Of a stretch of 64,000 nucleotides of DNA, positions 27,164 through 39,356 are shown piece by piece. Numbering within the stretch: the stretch's first letter is position 1; every line of letters starts with the position of its first letter. Origin of the DNA: an uncultured Candidatus Binatia bacterium (lineage in GTDB: Bacteria > Desulfobacterota > Binatia > UBA9968 > JAJDTQ01). The DNA lies in the NCBI GenBank assembly GCA_965242525.1, contig OZ251459.1:1536001-1600000 (forward strand), given 5' to 3'. The notes beneath the pieces are model-generated. The model did not search any database. It saw nothing but the letters and a program-made list of their open reading frames with translations, and was not told the origin of the DNA. A program made the position numbers and the translations under genes.

Positions 27164-28147
27164 TTGCGGAAGAGCGCGCCCCCGCCCCGCCGGGAGCTCC
27201 GCAAGGCGGAGGCCGTTACCGACCTGGTGGGCGACACCCCGCTGGTGGAGCTCCGCAAGGTCGCCCGCGGCCTTTCGCCCCAAGTGCGGGTCCTGGCCAA
27301 GCTCGAAGGGTTCAATCCCGGCGGCTCGGTGAAGGACCGGCCCGCCCTCAGGATGGTCCGGGAGGCCATCTACAGGGGCCAACTGACCCCGGGCCGGACC
27401 ATCATCGACTCGACCTCCGGGAACACCGGCATCGCCCTCGCCATGATCGGCGCGGCCCTGGGCTACCGGGTGCGTCTGGTGACGCCGTCCAACGTCAGCG
27501 AGGAGCGCAAGGGCATCATCCGGTTCTTCGGCGCCGAATTGGTGTACAGCGACCCCCTCGAAGGCTCGGACGGGGCCATTCGGCTCTGCCGCAAGATCGT
27601 GGACGAAGACCCGGAGGCGTATTTCAAGCCCGACCAGTACTTCAACCCCATGAACAGCCAAGCCCACTACGAGACCACGGGGCCGGAGATCCACCGGCAG
27701 ACCGAGGGCCGCGTCACCCATTTCGTCGCGGGCATCGGCACCGGCGGCACCGTCATGGGCACGGGGCGTTTCCTCAAGGAGCGGGACCCGCGCGTCCGCG
27801 TCGTCGCGGTGGAGCCGGACGACGCGCTGCACGGGCTGGAAGGGCTGAAGCACATGGCCAGCTCCATCGTCCCCGGCATCTACCGGGAGGAAGAGCTGGA
27901 CCTCAAGGTCCCGGTATCGACCGAGGACGCCTATGACATGGTCTATCGCCTGAGCCGGGAAGAGGGCCTCCTGGTGGGCCAGTCGTCCGGCGCCGCCATG
28001 GTCGCGGCGCTGGAGGTCGCGCGCCAGCTTTCCCACGGCACGGTGGTGACCGTGTTTCCCGACTTCGGCAGCCGGTACATGACCACGAACCTCTGGACCG
28101 CCCGGAAGGAAAGCCTGGACGTGGGCAACGCGGGCTTCTCCATCTGA
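27164..28147 (+). CDS. cysM: Cysteine synthase (CysM-like)
   Basis: KLEGFNPGGSVKDR, STSGNTG, GIGTGGT, GQSSGA, PDFGSRY; start approximate. Confidence 0.85.
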   Translation: MRKSAPPPRRELRKAEAVTDLVGDTPLVELRKVARGLSPQVRVLAKLEGFNPGGSVKDRPALRMVREAIYRGQLTPGRTIIDSTSGNTGIALAMIGAALGYRVRLVTPSNVSEERKGIIRFFGAELVYSDPLEGSDGAIRLCRKIVDEDPEAYFKPDQYFNPMNSQAHYETTGPEIHRQTEGRVTHFVAGIGTGGTVMGTGRFLKERDPRVRVVAVEPDDALHGLEGLKHMASSIVPGIYREEELDLKVPVSTEDAYDMVYRLSREEGLLVGQSSGAAMVAALEVARQLSHGTVVTVFPDFGSRYMTTNLWTARKESLDVGNAGFSI

Positions 28148-28153
28148 ACCGTC

Positions 28154-29467
28154 ATGATCATCCGCTGTCCCAATTGCTCCACCACCTACAAGATCGACGG
28201 CGCGTCCTTCGACGCGCCCCAACCCACTTTCCGCTGCTCCCGATGCAAGCACGTGTTCGCCGTCCAGATACGGTTGCGGTTGCGCGACGAGGACGCGGCT
28301 GCGGCCGAGACCGCGGCGCCCCCGACCCCGGAGGGACCTCCCACGGTGGACCCCGGCCCGGAACCGGAAGACCGGTCGGACGCCCACGAACCCGCGGACA
28401 CGGCCGGCCCCGCCGACGCGGAGACCTTGGAGCCCGAGCCGGCGCCGCAGGCTCCCGAGCCGGAGACCCCGGAGACCGGAGCGGCGGCGCGCAGCGCGGA
28501 CCCGCCCGAACCGGAACCTGAACCCGAACCGGAGCCGGCGCCCTATCTTGAACCGGCACCCGAGCCCGAGATCGAACCGGAACCCGAGCCGGCGCCTGAA
28601 CCGGAGCGGGAGACCGAACCGGAGACCCTCACCCCGATCGCCGCGACCGCCCGAACCGTCGCCGACCCGGTCCGCATCACCGACCTCGGCGAGGCCGATT
28701 TCCCGCACCCGGACTTCGATCCCCCCGCGGCCAGGACGGCGCCCACGGACGCGCGGCAACCGGACTTGCCCGAACCGGCCCCGGTCATCGAGACCATCGA
28801 CTTGCCCCGCCGCAGCGCCCGCGCGCCCGACTTCCGAATCGACGACGATCGAATCGACGACGATCTCGTGATCCCCCCGAGGGAAACGAGGCCCGCCCCG
28901 CCCAAGGCCGCGGACGGCAGCGGCTCCATCGTGCCCTTCGTGAGCCTCGTGGGCCTGGCGGTCTTCGCCTTCGTGCTGGTGAGCGTGATCTACCAGATGA
29001 GCCCGCAGGCGCTGGACTCGCTGATACGGCGGATCCCGTGGTACGGCGAGGCGGTATTCGAGAACCGCCATTTCAAGAGGACCCTGGCGTTCGAATCGCT
29101 GGTGTCGGGGGTGCAGCCGGCGCTGAACCGGACGGAAGTGTTCGTGGTCTCGGGCAAGCTGGTCAACGGCAACGACCGTGGCATCCACCGGGTGCGAGTG
29201 GAGGCCCAGCTCTTCGACGCGGAGGGAAAGCCCTTGGCCCGGCAGGCCATATTCCTGGGAAACGCCATCTCCGCCAAGATCATCGAGGAGATGTCGCTCC
29301 GGGAGATCGCGTTGCTGCAGAGCCTGAAGCCCCAGAACCCCTACCCGATCCCGCCCAACGAGTCGGTGAACTTCACCATCGTCTTCCCCAAGCCCGGGGC
29401 CGCAGTGGAGTCCTTCAGTTGCCGGGTCCTTTCCGCGGAAGTCACGTCCTCTCCCGGTCCCGCCTGA
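28154..29467 (+). CDS. MJ0042-type zinc-ribbon + DUF3426 membrane protein
   Basis: CPNC..CSRC N-terminus, Pro/Glu-rich linker, one TM helix, beta-rich C-terminal domain. Confidence 0.75.
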   Translation: MIIRCPNCSTTYKIDGASFDAPQPTFRCSRCKHVFAVQIRLRLRDEDAAAAETAAPPTPEGPPTVDPGPEPEDRSDAHEPADTAGPADAETLEPEPAPQAPEPETPETGAAARSADPPEPEPEPEPEPAPYLEPAPEPEIEPEPEPAPEPERETEPETLTPIAATARTVADPVRITDLGEADFPHPDFDPPAARTAPTDARQPDLPEPAPVIETIDLPRRSARAPDFRIDDDRIDDDLVIPPRETRPAPPKAADGSGSIVPFVSLVGLAVFAFVLVSVIYQMSPQALDSLIRRIPWYGEAVFENRHFKRTLAFESLVSGVQPALNRTEVFVVSGKLVNGNDRGIHRVRVEAQLFDAEGKPLARQAIFLGNAISAKIIEEMSLREIALLQSLKPQNPYPIPPNESVNFTIVFPKPGAAVESFSCRVLSAEVTSSPGPA

Positions 29468-29609
29468 CCCCGCCGCGGCCGCGGGAAGGCCCCCCTCTAT
29501 TCGAGACCGTGCGCCGAGGACGCACCGACGCCGCGGGCGAACCCTGCCACCGCGGAGGAGCGTCCACCCGCGCCAAGCCCTCGGGCGGAGAGCGGGACCC
29601 AAGGCGGGG

Positions 29610-29801
29610 TCAGTCCTTGGATGACTTGTCCTCGCCCTTGTCGGTGGCCGTCACGTCGATCTCGTCCGGCTCCCGGAGGGACTTGCGGAAGCCGTGGATC
29701 CCCTTGCCGAGACCCTGGCCGATCTCCGGAAGCCTCCGGCTGAAGAGCACGAGGACGATCACCATGATGATCAGCAGTTCCCAGATACCCAGTCCAAACA
29801 T
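29610..29801 (-). CDS. tatA: Twin-arginine translocase TatA/E
   Basis: MFGLGIWELLIIMVIVLVLF..RLPEIGQGLGKGIHGFRK. Confidence 0.9.
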   Translation of the reverse strand: MFGLGIWELLIIMVIVLVLFSRRLPEIGQGLGKGIHGFRKSLREPDEIDVTATDKGEDKSSKD

Positions 29802-29885
29802 GATGCCGCCATCCTAACCCAAAAAACCGCGGATTGACAGGAGGAACGTCTGATCGATCCCGGCATGGATTCCCTCTTCTCCCTG

Positions 29886-29959
29886 CGTCCTTCGACTCCG
29901 CTTCGCTACGCTCAGGATGAACGGGGGACTTCGCTACGCTACGCTCGGAACGAACGGGG
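29886..29959. repeat. REP-like family A (one full and one partial copy)
   Basis: CCTTCGACTCCGCTTCGCTACGCTCAGGATGAACGG plus CTTCGCTACGCTACGCTCGGAACGAACGG. Confidence 0.8.
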
Positions 29960-29985
29960 GTAATCGTCCAGGGTTTCCGGGAGCA

Positions 29986-32873
<2,888 letters not shown>

Positions 32874-32877
<4 letters not shown>

Positions 32878-33272
32878 TCGTCGTCGTCCTGGCCTTCACA
32901 GTACGCCGCGTACTCTTCCGCGGTCATGAGGTCGTCGAGCTCTCCCGGGTCGGACATGGCCACCTTGATGATCCAGCCTTCGCCGTAGGGGTCGTCGTTG
33001 ATGAGCTCGGGCGTGTCCGGCAGCGCGTCGTTGACCTCGGTGACCTCGCCGCTGACGGGCGCGTAGAGGTCCGAGACCGCCTTCACCGACTCCACCGCGC
33101 CGAAGGGGTCGTCCTTGCTGACCTTCTCCCCCAACTCCGGCGCCTCCACATAGACCACGTCGCCCAGCTCGCTCTGGGCGAAATCCGATATTCCGATGAC
33201 GGCGCCGTTGTCGTTCTCCACCAGCACCCACTCGTGCTCCGTCGAATACTTCAAACCCTTCGGGAACTCCAT
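32874..33272 (-). CDS. gcvH: Glycine cleavage system H protein
   Basis: [28 protein letters not shown] lipoyl motif, DPYGEGW. Confidence 0.97.
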
Positions 33273-33385
33273 CGGATCCTCCTTGGCGGCGCGCCTCGCT
33301 ACGAGCGCGGGGAACTACGGATCGAGAAACATGAGCGTCTGAACCGTTCCGGCTCGGGTTTCCTCTCCCTGCCTGTGGGAAAGCG

Positions 33386-33426
33386 CGCCCTTCGACTTCG
33401 CTTCGCTACGCTCAAGGCGAACGGGG
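33386..33426. repeat. REP-like family A
   Basis: CGCCCTTCGACTTCGCTTCGCTACGCTCAAGGCGAACGG between gcvT and gcvH. Confidence 0.8.
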
Positions 33427-33502
33427 TTCGTCGTTCCGCGCTTCCGGGGCCATGTTCTTCCGCGGCCGTGTGCCTCCGGGGCGCCCCGCGGACACGCCGC
33501 GT

Positions 33503-34618
33503 CTATGGGACGAAGGGCACGCGGACGACCCGGGCGCGGATTCGCCGGCCGCGGACATCCACCCGGAGCTCGGCGCCCCGGGCCGAGAGGTCCGCGGACA
33601 CGTAGGCCAGGGCGATGGCCTTGCCCAGGGTCGGGGACATCGTGCCGCTGGTCACCCGCCCCACCTCGTCGTCGCCGTGGAACACCCGGTGGCCTTCCCG
33701 GGCGATGCCGGGATCCTCCATCTCCAGGCCCACCAGGCGGCGCGGGGGCGGCTCCTGTTGCGACAGGGCCTCCGAACCCACGAAGGGACCCTTGTCCGGC
33801 TTGGCGACCCAACCGAGCCGGGCCTCCCGCGGGGTGGTGGTCTCGTCGATCTCGCGCCCGTAGAGCGGGAACCCTTTCTCCAGGCGGAGGGTGTCCCTGG
33901 CCCCCAAACCGGCAGGCTCCACTTCGCCCCCGCCCATCAGCACGTCCCACAGCCGCACCCCGTCCTCCGCGGCGCAGTAGAGCTCGAAACCGTCCTCGCC
34001 GGTGTAACCGGTGCGCGACACCATGCAGCGAACCCCGCCCACCTCCCCCGGGCCGAAGTCGAAGGCCCTGAGCGCGGGCAGGTGGACGTCGGTCAACGGC
34101 CCCAGCACCCCCTCGGACGCCGGCCCCTGGAGCGCCAGCAGGGCATAGGAGTCGCCCACGTCCCGCACGGCCACGTCGCCGCCCGCGTGACTCGCCAGCC
34201 ACTCGAAATCCGCCCGGCTCCTGGCCGCGTTGACGCACAACAGGTAGCGCTCGGGCTCCAGCCGAAAGAGCACGAGGTCGTCGATGACCCCGGCATCCTC
34301 GTTCAACAACAAGGTGTATTGGGACTGCAACGGCTTCAGTCGCTCCACGTCGTTGGCGGTGAGCCGCTGACAGAACCCGGAAGCCCCCGGACCGGCCACC
34401 TCGATCTCCCCCATGTGGCTCACGTCGAACAGTCCCGCCCGGGACCGCACCGCGGCGTGCTCCACCTGGATGCCCCGGTAGCGGATGGGCATCTCCCACC
34501 CTGCGAACTCCCCCATGCGGGCGCCGAGGGCCTGGTGGCGCGGGTGGAGCGGAGTCCTCCTGAGCGTTTCCCGCGGCGCGCCGCCCCGGTCCCTGGCGCT
34601 GGCCCCCGCCGCGGTCAT
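33503..34618 (-). CDS. gcvT: Aminomethyltransferase (glycine cleavage T protein)
   Basis: [41 protein letters not shown]. Confidence 0.95.
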   Translation of the reverse strand: MTAAGASARDRGGAPRETLRRTPLHPRHQALGARMGEFAGWEMPIRYRGIQVEHAAVRSRAGLFDVSHMGEIEVAGPGASGFCQRLTANDVERLKPLQSQYTLLLNEDAGVIDDLVLFRLEPERYLLCVNAARSRADFEWLASHAGGDVAVRDVGDSYALLALQGPASEGVLGPLTDVHLPALRAFDFGPGEVGGVRCMVSRTGYTGEDGFELYCAAEDGVRLWDVLMGGGEVEPAGLGARDTLRLEKGFPLYGREIDETTTPREARLGWVAKPDKGPFVGSEALSQQEPPPRRLVGLEMEDPGIAREGHRVFHGDDEVGRVTSGTMSPTLGKAIALAYVSADLSARGAELRVDVRGRRIRARVVRVPFVP

Positions 34619-35466
34619 GGTTGGCCCAGGGACCGCCGGGCCGACAGGAGGGTGTTGGACAACAACATGCAGATGGTCATGGGACCCACGCCCCCGGGCA
34701 CCGGCGAGATCCACGAGGCGCGCTCCCGGGCCGCGTCGAACTCCACGTCGCCCGCCAGCTTTCCGGTGGACCCGCGGTTGATGCCCACGTCGATGACCAC
34801 CGCGCCCGGCTTGATCCATCCTCCCGGGATGGCTCCGGCCTTGCCCACCGCGGCCACCAGCACGTCGGCCCGCCCCACCTCCCGGGACAGGTCCGCGGTC
34901 CGGGAGTGGCACAGGGTGACGGTGGCGTGGCGGGCGAGCAGCATGAGCGCCACCGGCTTGCCCACGATGTTGCTGCGCCCCACCACCACCGCGGCCTTGC
35001 CCCGGAGCTCGCAGCCCACGGAATCCAGCAACTCCATGATCCCCAGGGGGGTGCAGGGCCGGAACCCCTCGCCGCCGGAGAGCAGCAGCCCCTGGTTCAC
35101 CGGATGGAACCCGTCCACGTCCTTGTCCGGGGACACCGCCCGGAGCACCCGGTCCGACCCGATGGAGTCGGGCAGGGGCAGTTGCACGAGGATGCCGTGG
35201 ATGGCCGGGTCCCGGTTGAGCCGGTCGATCAGGGCCAGGATCTCCTGCTCGGACACCGTGGCGGGAAGCAGGTGCTCCACCGAACGGATGCCCACCTCCG
35301 CGCACGCCTTCTCCTTGTTCCGGACGTAGATGCGCGAGGCCGGGTCGTCGCCCACCAGCACCACCCCGAGCCCGGGCGTCACCCCGTGGCCGCTGCGCAG
35401 CCTCTCCACCCCGACCCGCACCTCTTCGCGCACCCGTTGCGCCACCGCCTTGCCGTCGATGATCAT
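34615..35466 (-). CDS. folD: Methylene-THF dehydrogenase/cyclohydrolase
   Basis: [46 protein letters not shown]. Confidence 0.97.
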   Translation of the reverse strand: MIIDGKAVAQRVREEVRVGVERLRSGHGVTPGLGVVLVGDDPASRIYVRNKEKACAEVGIRSVEHLLPATVSEQEILALIDRLNRDPAIHGILVQLPLPDSIGSDRVLRAVSPDKDVDGFHPVNQGLLLSGGEGFRPCTPLGIMELLDSVGCELRGKAAVVVGRSNIVGKPVALMLLARHATVTLCHSRTADLSREVGRADVLVAAVGKAGAIPGGWIKPGAVVIDVGINRGSTGKLAGDVEFDAARERASWISPVPGGVGPMTICMLLSNTLLSARRSLGQP

Positions 35467-35574
35467 GCTCTCCCCGCCCCCGATACGCGCATGGAAACCC
35501 GGTTAACACGCCCGTGGGCACAGGTCAACGAAACCGGCTCTTCAGGAATTCGTGTGGATTGCGACACCCCCCAT

Positions 35575-35952
35575 CCGTCATTTCCGCGAAAGCATGTCCT
35601 CGCGGAAGCGGGGGCGGGAATCCAGACCCTGCGAGCAAACCCCATGCACCCTGCATGAGAGGTTCGTACAACGAGAGTGAGGAAACCGGATGGATTCCCG
35701 CTTTCGCGGGAATGACGGGGGGCAGGCGTCCGCGGGAATGACGGGGGGATGGAGGATGACCTCCCCACCCTGCCCCCCTGTCCCCGTTCATCCTGAGCAC
35801 AGGCGGTCAGGACCCGATGACGGCCCACAAACTCCACGGCCCCAAGGGGGGTGGTCCCCGTTCGTCCTGAGCGTAGCCGGTCAGGACCCGGACGGACGCC
35901 GGCGCTCCCATCCCCGTTCGTCCTGAGCGTAGCGAAGCGGAGTCGAAGGACG
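35575..35952. repeat. Mixed REP-like cluster (families A and B) between folD and ald
   Basis: Family B copies at ~35576 (with internal insertion), ~35690 and ~35730; family A copies at ~35782 (partial), ~35857 and ~35912. Confidence 0.8.
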
Positions 35953-36022
35953 GGATCATGTCCCCTGTCCCGACCGGCCCTCGCCTTGACACTCCGGAGG
36001 CGCTCGCGTACCAATTGGAAGA

Positions 36023-37141
36023 ATGGTCGTAGGCGTGCCCAAGGAGCTGAAGACCGAGGAGAACCGCATCGCGCTCACGCCCGCGGGGGCCGCGGCCTTC
36101 GTGGCCCGCGGGCACCAGGTGCTGGTGGAGCGCAACGCCGGTCGGGGCAGCCGCTTCCCCAACCGCGCCTACACCGCCGCGGGGGCTACGGTGCTGGACC
36201 GGGCGCGGGAGGTGTGGAGCCGCTCGGACTTGGTGATGAAGGTCAAGGAGCCGGTGCCCGAGGAGTTCGCCTGCCTGAGGCCGGACCTGACCCTGTTCAC
36301 CTACCTCCACCTCGCCGCCAACCCCGAGCTCACGGACACCCTGCGCGAGAAGCGGGTCGCCGCGGTGGGCTATGAGACCATCGAGCTGGACGACGGCTCG
36401 TTGCCCTTGCTGACGCCCATGAGCGAGATCGCCGGACGCCTGTCGCTGCAGGTGGGGGCGTGGTGCCTGCAGGCGGAGAACGGCGGTCGGGGAGTGCTGC
36501 TGGGAGGCGCCTCGGGGGTGCGGCCGGGCAAGGTGGTGGTCATCGGCGCCGGCGCCGTGGGCGCCTCCGCGTGCCAGGTGGCCGCGGGCATGGGCGCGGA
36601 CGTGAGCGTGCTGGACGTGAACCCCGCCCGGCTGCGCTACCTCCGGGACATCCTCGGCGGACGGCTCACCACCCTGGCATCCAACCAGGCCAACCTGGAG
36701 GAAGAGATCGTGGACGCGGACCTGGTGGTGGGCTCCGTGCTGATCATCGGGGACCGGACTCCCCTGTTGCTGCGGCGGGACCGGGTGCGGAAGATGAAGC
36801 GGGGCGCGGCCATCGTCGACGTCTCCATCGACCAGGGAGGGTTCGCCGAGACGTCCCGGCCCACCACCCACCGGGACCCCACCTACGTGGAGGAGCGGGT
36901 GGTGCACTACTGCGTCTCCAACATGCCGTCCCTGGTGCCCCACACATCCACCTACGCCCTGACCAACGCCACCCTGTCCTACGGCCTGGAGATCGCGGAC
37001 AAGGGTCTGCAACGGGCCATGCGGGAGAGCCGCCCGCTGGCGCGGGGGCTCAACGTCCACGACGGCAGGGTGACCCATGCAGGGGTCGCCAGCGCCCTGG
37101 AGGCGCCCCTGACGCCGGTGGAGGAGGCGCTTGGCGCATGA
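36023..37141 (+). CDS. ald: Alanine dehydrogenase
   Basis: GVPKE..ENRIALTP, KVKEP, FTYLHLA, PMSEIAGR, DQGG..ETS..PTTH, HYCVSNMP. Confidence 0.95.
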   Translation: MVVGVPKELKTEENRIALTPAGAAAFVARGHQVLVERNAGRGSRFPNRAYTAAGATVLDRAREVWSRSDLVMKVKEPVPEEFACLRPDLTLFTYLHLAANPELTDTLREKRVAAVGYETIELDDGSLPLLTPMSEIAGRLSLQVGAWCLQAENGGRGVLLGGASGVRPGKVVVIGAGAVGASACQVAAGMGADVSVLDVNPARLRYLRDILGGRLTTLASNQANLEEEIVDADLVVGSVLIIGDRTPLLLRRDRVRKMKRGAAIVDVSIDQGGFAETSRPTTHRDPTYVEERVVHYCVSNMPSLVPHTSTYALTNATLSYGLEIADKGLQRAMRESRPLARGLNVHDGRVTHAGVASALEAPLTPVEEALGA

Positions 37142-38079
37142 GGCTGGTGACCCGACCCGACTTCGACGGCATCGTGTGCGGCGCCCTGATTACCGCGCTG
37201 GAGGACATCGACTCCTACCTGTTCGTGGAGCCCAAGTTCATGCAGGACGGCGCGGTGGAAATCCGCGCCGGCGACGTCATCGCCAACCTGCCCTACCACC
37301 CGGCCTGCACCCTGTGGTTCGACCACCATTTCACCAACGGCGCCTCGGGTTTCGACCGTCCCGTGGTCCCGGGCCGCGGCGCCTTCCGGCTGGCGCCGAG
37401 CGCGGCCCGGGTGGTCTTCGAGTACTACTCGGAGGTTCCCGGGGCCTCGGAGGCGCGCTACCGTTCCGGCCTGCGCATGATGCGCTCCGAGCGGGTGACC
37501 GCGCTGCTCGAGGACACGGACAAGATCGACGGCGGGACCCTGACCCGGGAGGACGTGCTGCGGCCGTCGGGCTACGTGCTCGTCTCCATGACCATCTACG
37601 GGAAGGACGAGGCCGAGGAGCCCTACTGGCGCCGCCTGATCCGCCTGGTCCGGGACCGCACCCTGGACGAGGTGCTGGACGACGCGGAAGTCCGCGTGCG
37701 CTGCCAACGCATCCTGGACATGCAGGAACGGCTGCGGCAACAGTTGCTGGCGCGCGCGGAGGCGAGGGGGAACGTCATATTCCTCGACCTCCGGGACACC
37801 GAGGACCTGACCGACGCCAACCGTTTCCTGCTCTACACCCTGTTCCCGGACGGGAACGTCTCCATGAAGGTCTCCCGGGACCCCCAGAGGCCGGACACCA
37901 CCGCCATCTCCGTGGGCTACAACATCTTCAACCCCACCTCCTCGGTCAACGTGGGCGAGCTGCTCAGCCATTACGGCGGCGGCGGCCACCGGGTGGTGGG
38001 GTCGTGCAGGGTGCCGGACGCGGACGCCGGGCGCGCCGTCCGCGAGATCCTGGGCCGCATCTCGGAACCGGCCGCGTAA
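37138..38079 (+). CDS. DHH family phosphoesterase
   Basis: MRLVTRPDFDG, NLPY..FDHH, PSAARVV, YGGGGH. Confidence 0.8.
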   Translation: MRLVTRPDFDGIVCGALITALEDIDSYLFVEPKFMQDGAVEIRAGDVIANLPYHPACTLWFDHHFTNGASGFDRPVVPGRGAFRLAPSAARVVFEYYSEVPGASEARYRSGLRMMRSERVTALLEDTDKIDGGTLTREDVLRPSGYVLVSMTIYGKDEAEEPYWRRLIRLVRDRTLDEVLDDAEVRVRCQRILDMQERLRQQLLARAEARGNVIFLDLRDTEDLTDANRFLLYTLFPDGNVSMKVSRDPQRPDTTAISVGYNIFNPTSSVNVGELLSHYGGGGHRVVGSCRVPDADAGRAVREILGRISEPAA

Positions 38080-38091
38080 GCAGGGATCCCC

Positions 38092-38448
38092 GTGTCCAAC
38101 CGTCCGCCGTCCGGTCCGATGACCGTGAGCATCGACGAAGCCCTGGCCGAGCTCGCCGAGGTCAACTCGGAGATCCGCCACAAGAGCTGCATCGAAGGGG
38201 ACGGCTTCCGCGTGGGCCTGGTCTCCTTCCGCCCCGGGGCGGCGTCCGACCCGAAACAGGTCGTCCACGACGACAAGGACGTGGTGTGCCACGTGCTGCG
38301 CGGCCGCGGCCGGCTGCGCGCCGCAGGGGAGGTGACGGAGCTCGCGCCGGGGATGCTCTGCCACGTCCCGAGAGGCGTGCCCCACGACTTCGCGGCCCGA
38401 GGGGGCGAACTGGTACTGTGCTATTCGCTCATCACCGCAAGGTCCTGA
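38092..38448 (+). CDS. Cupin domain protein
   Basis: HDDKDVVCHVLRGRG..L.PG..HVPRGVPH. Confidence 0.75.
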   Translation: MSNRPPSGPMTVSIDEALAELAEVNSEIRHKSCIEGDGFRVGLVSFRPGAASDPKQVVHDDKDVVCHVLRGRGRLRAAGEVTELAPGMLCHVPRGVPHDFAARGGELVLCYSLITARS

Positions 38449-39356
38449 CGACCCGGGCGCTGCCGTGGGCGGCAGCGCTCCTCCTGGCGGCCGGCTGCGC
38501 CGGACCCGCGGCCCGGGCGCCGGCGCCGGACCCGCGTTACGCGCAGCCGGCGAACCTGCTGGAGATCGTCGGCGAGTTCCAGCGGCTTTCGCGGGAGGAC
38601 ACCTACCGTTTCCACGTGCCCAAGGACGTGACCGGCGCCAGCATCCTGAAGGCCACCCTGCTGCGGCTGGACGACTACGAGCGCAAGCACGGGAACGGCT
38701 ACCGCGACATCGTGGAGTTCACCCGGGCCACCGCGTACGAGCGTCTCAGGGACTACTCCCGCGCCATCCGCCACTACCGCGCCGCGGCCCGGGGAGGAGG
38801 CGAACTGGCGGAACCGGCGAAGCGCCGACTCGACGCCCTGGAGGCGTTCCGGCGCATCGCCGGAGCGGCGCTTCCCACCGACGACCCCTTCAAGCACATC
38901 GAGGCGCTGGACGAGAGGGTGCTGGCCTGGGACGCGCTGGGCCGGCAGCACGCGGGGACCCCGCTGGAGCACCTGGCCCGGGTGGAGGCGGAACGCATCG
39001 ACCGGGCCAAGGTGGCTTTCGTGGAGCTCAACCGGCATCGCCTGAACCAGGGCAACGAGCTCGTGGTCCTGGGTTACGGCGAACTCCTCTCCCGGCACGT
39101 GCAGAGCAAGAACTACCACCGCCACCTGCTGGACTTCGGCGACTACTACGTGAGCCTGGCCAGGGAGTACTCCATCCGCCGCGACCCGGAGGGCCTGGAC
39201 TTCGACATGGAGACCTTCGAGGGGTTCGCGAGTTCCGCCATGAGGCTCTATGCGGAAGTGGCCCAACAGGACGGCGCGCCCGAGAAGGTGGAGGCCAACG
39301 GCAAGCTCGCCAGCCTGAAAGGTCTCATGGAGCAGATGAGGAGACGCAACCGATGA
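38445..39356 (+). CDS. Hypothetical TPR-like lipoprotein
   Basis: Lipobox-like LLAAGC after a probable CTG start overlapping the cupin stop codon; helical TPR-like segment AYERLRDYSRAIRHY; start uncertain. Confidence 0.6.
   Translation: MTTRALPWAAALLLAAGCAGPAARAPAPDPRYAQPANLLEIVGEFQRLSREDTYRFHVPKDVTGASILKATLLRLDDYERKHGNGYRDIVEFTRATAYERLRDYSRAIRHYRAAARGGGELAEPAKRRLDALEAFRRIAGAALPTDDPFKHIEALDERVLAWDALGRQHAGTPLEHLARVEAERIDRAKVAFVELNRHRLNQGNELVVLGYGELLSRHVQSKNYHRHLLDFGDYYVSLAREYSIRRDPEGLDFDMETFEGFASSAMRLYAEVAQQDGAPEKVEANGKLASLKGLMEQMRRRNR

Noticed and set aside
28430-28625. GAACCG/GAGCCG hexamer repeats
   Set aside because: They encode the ordinary Pro-Glu linker of the zinc-ribbon/DUF3426 protein
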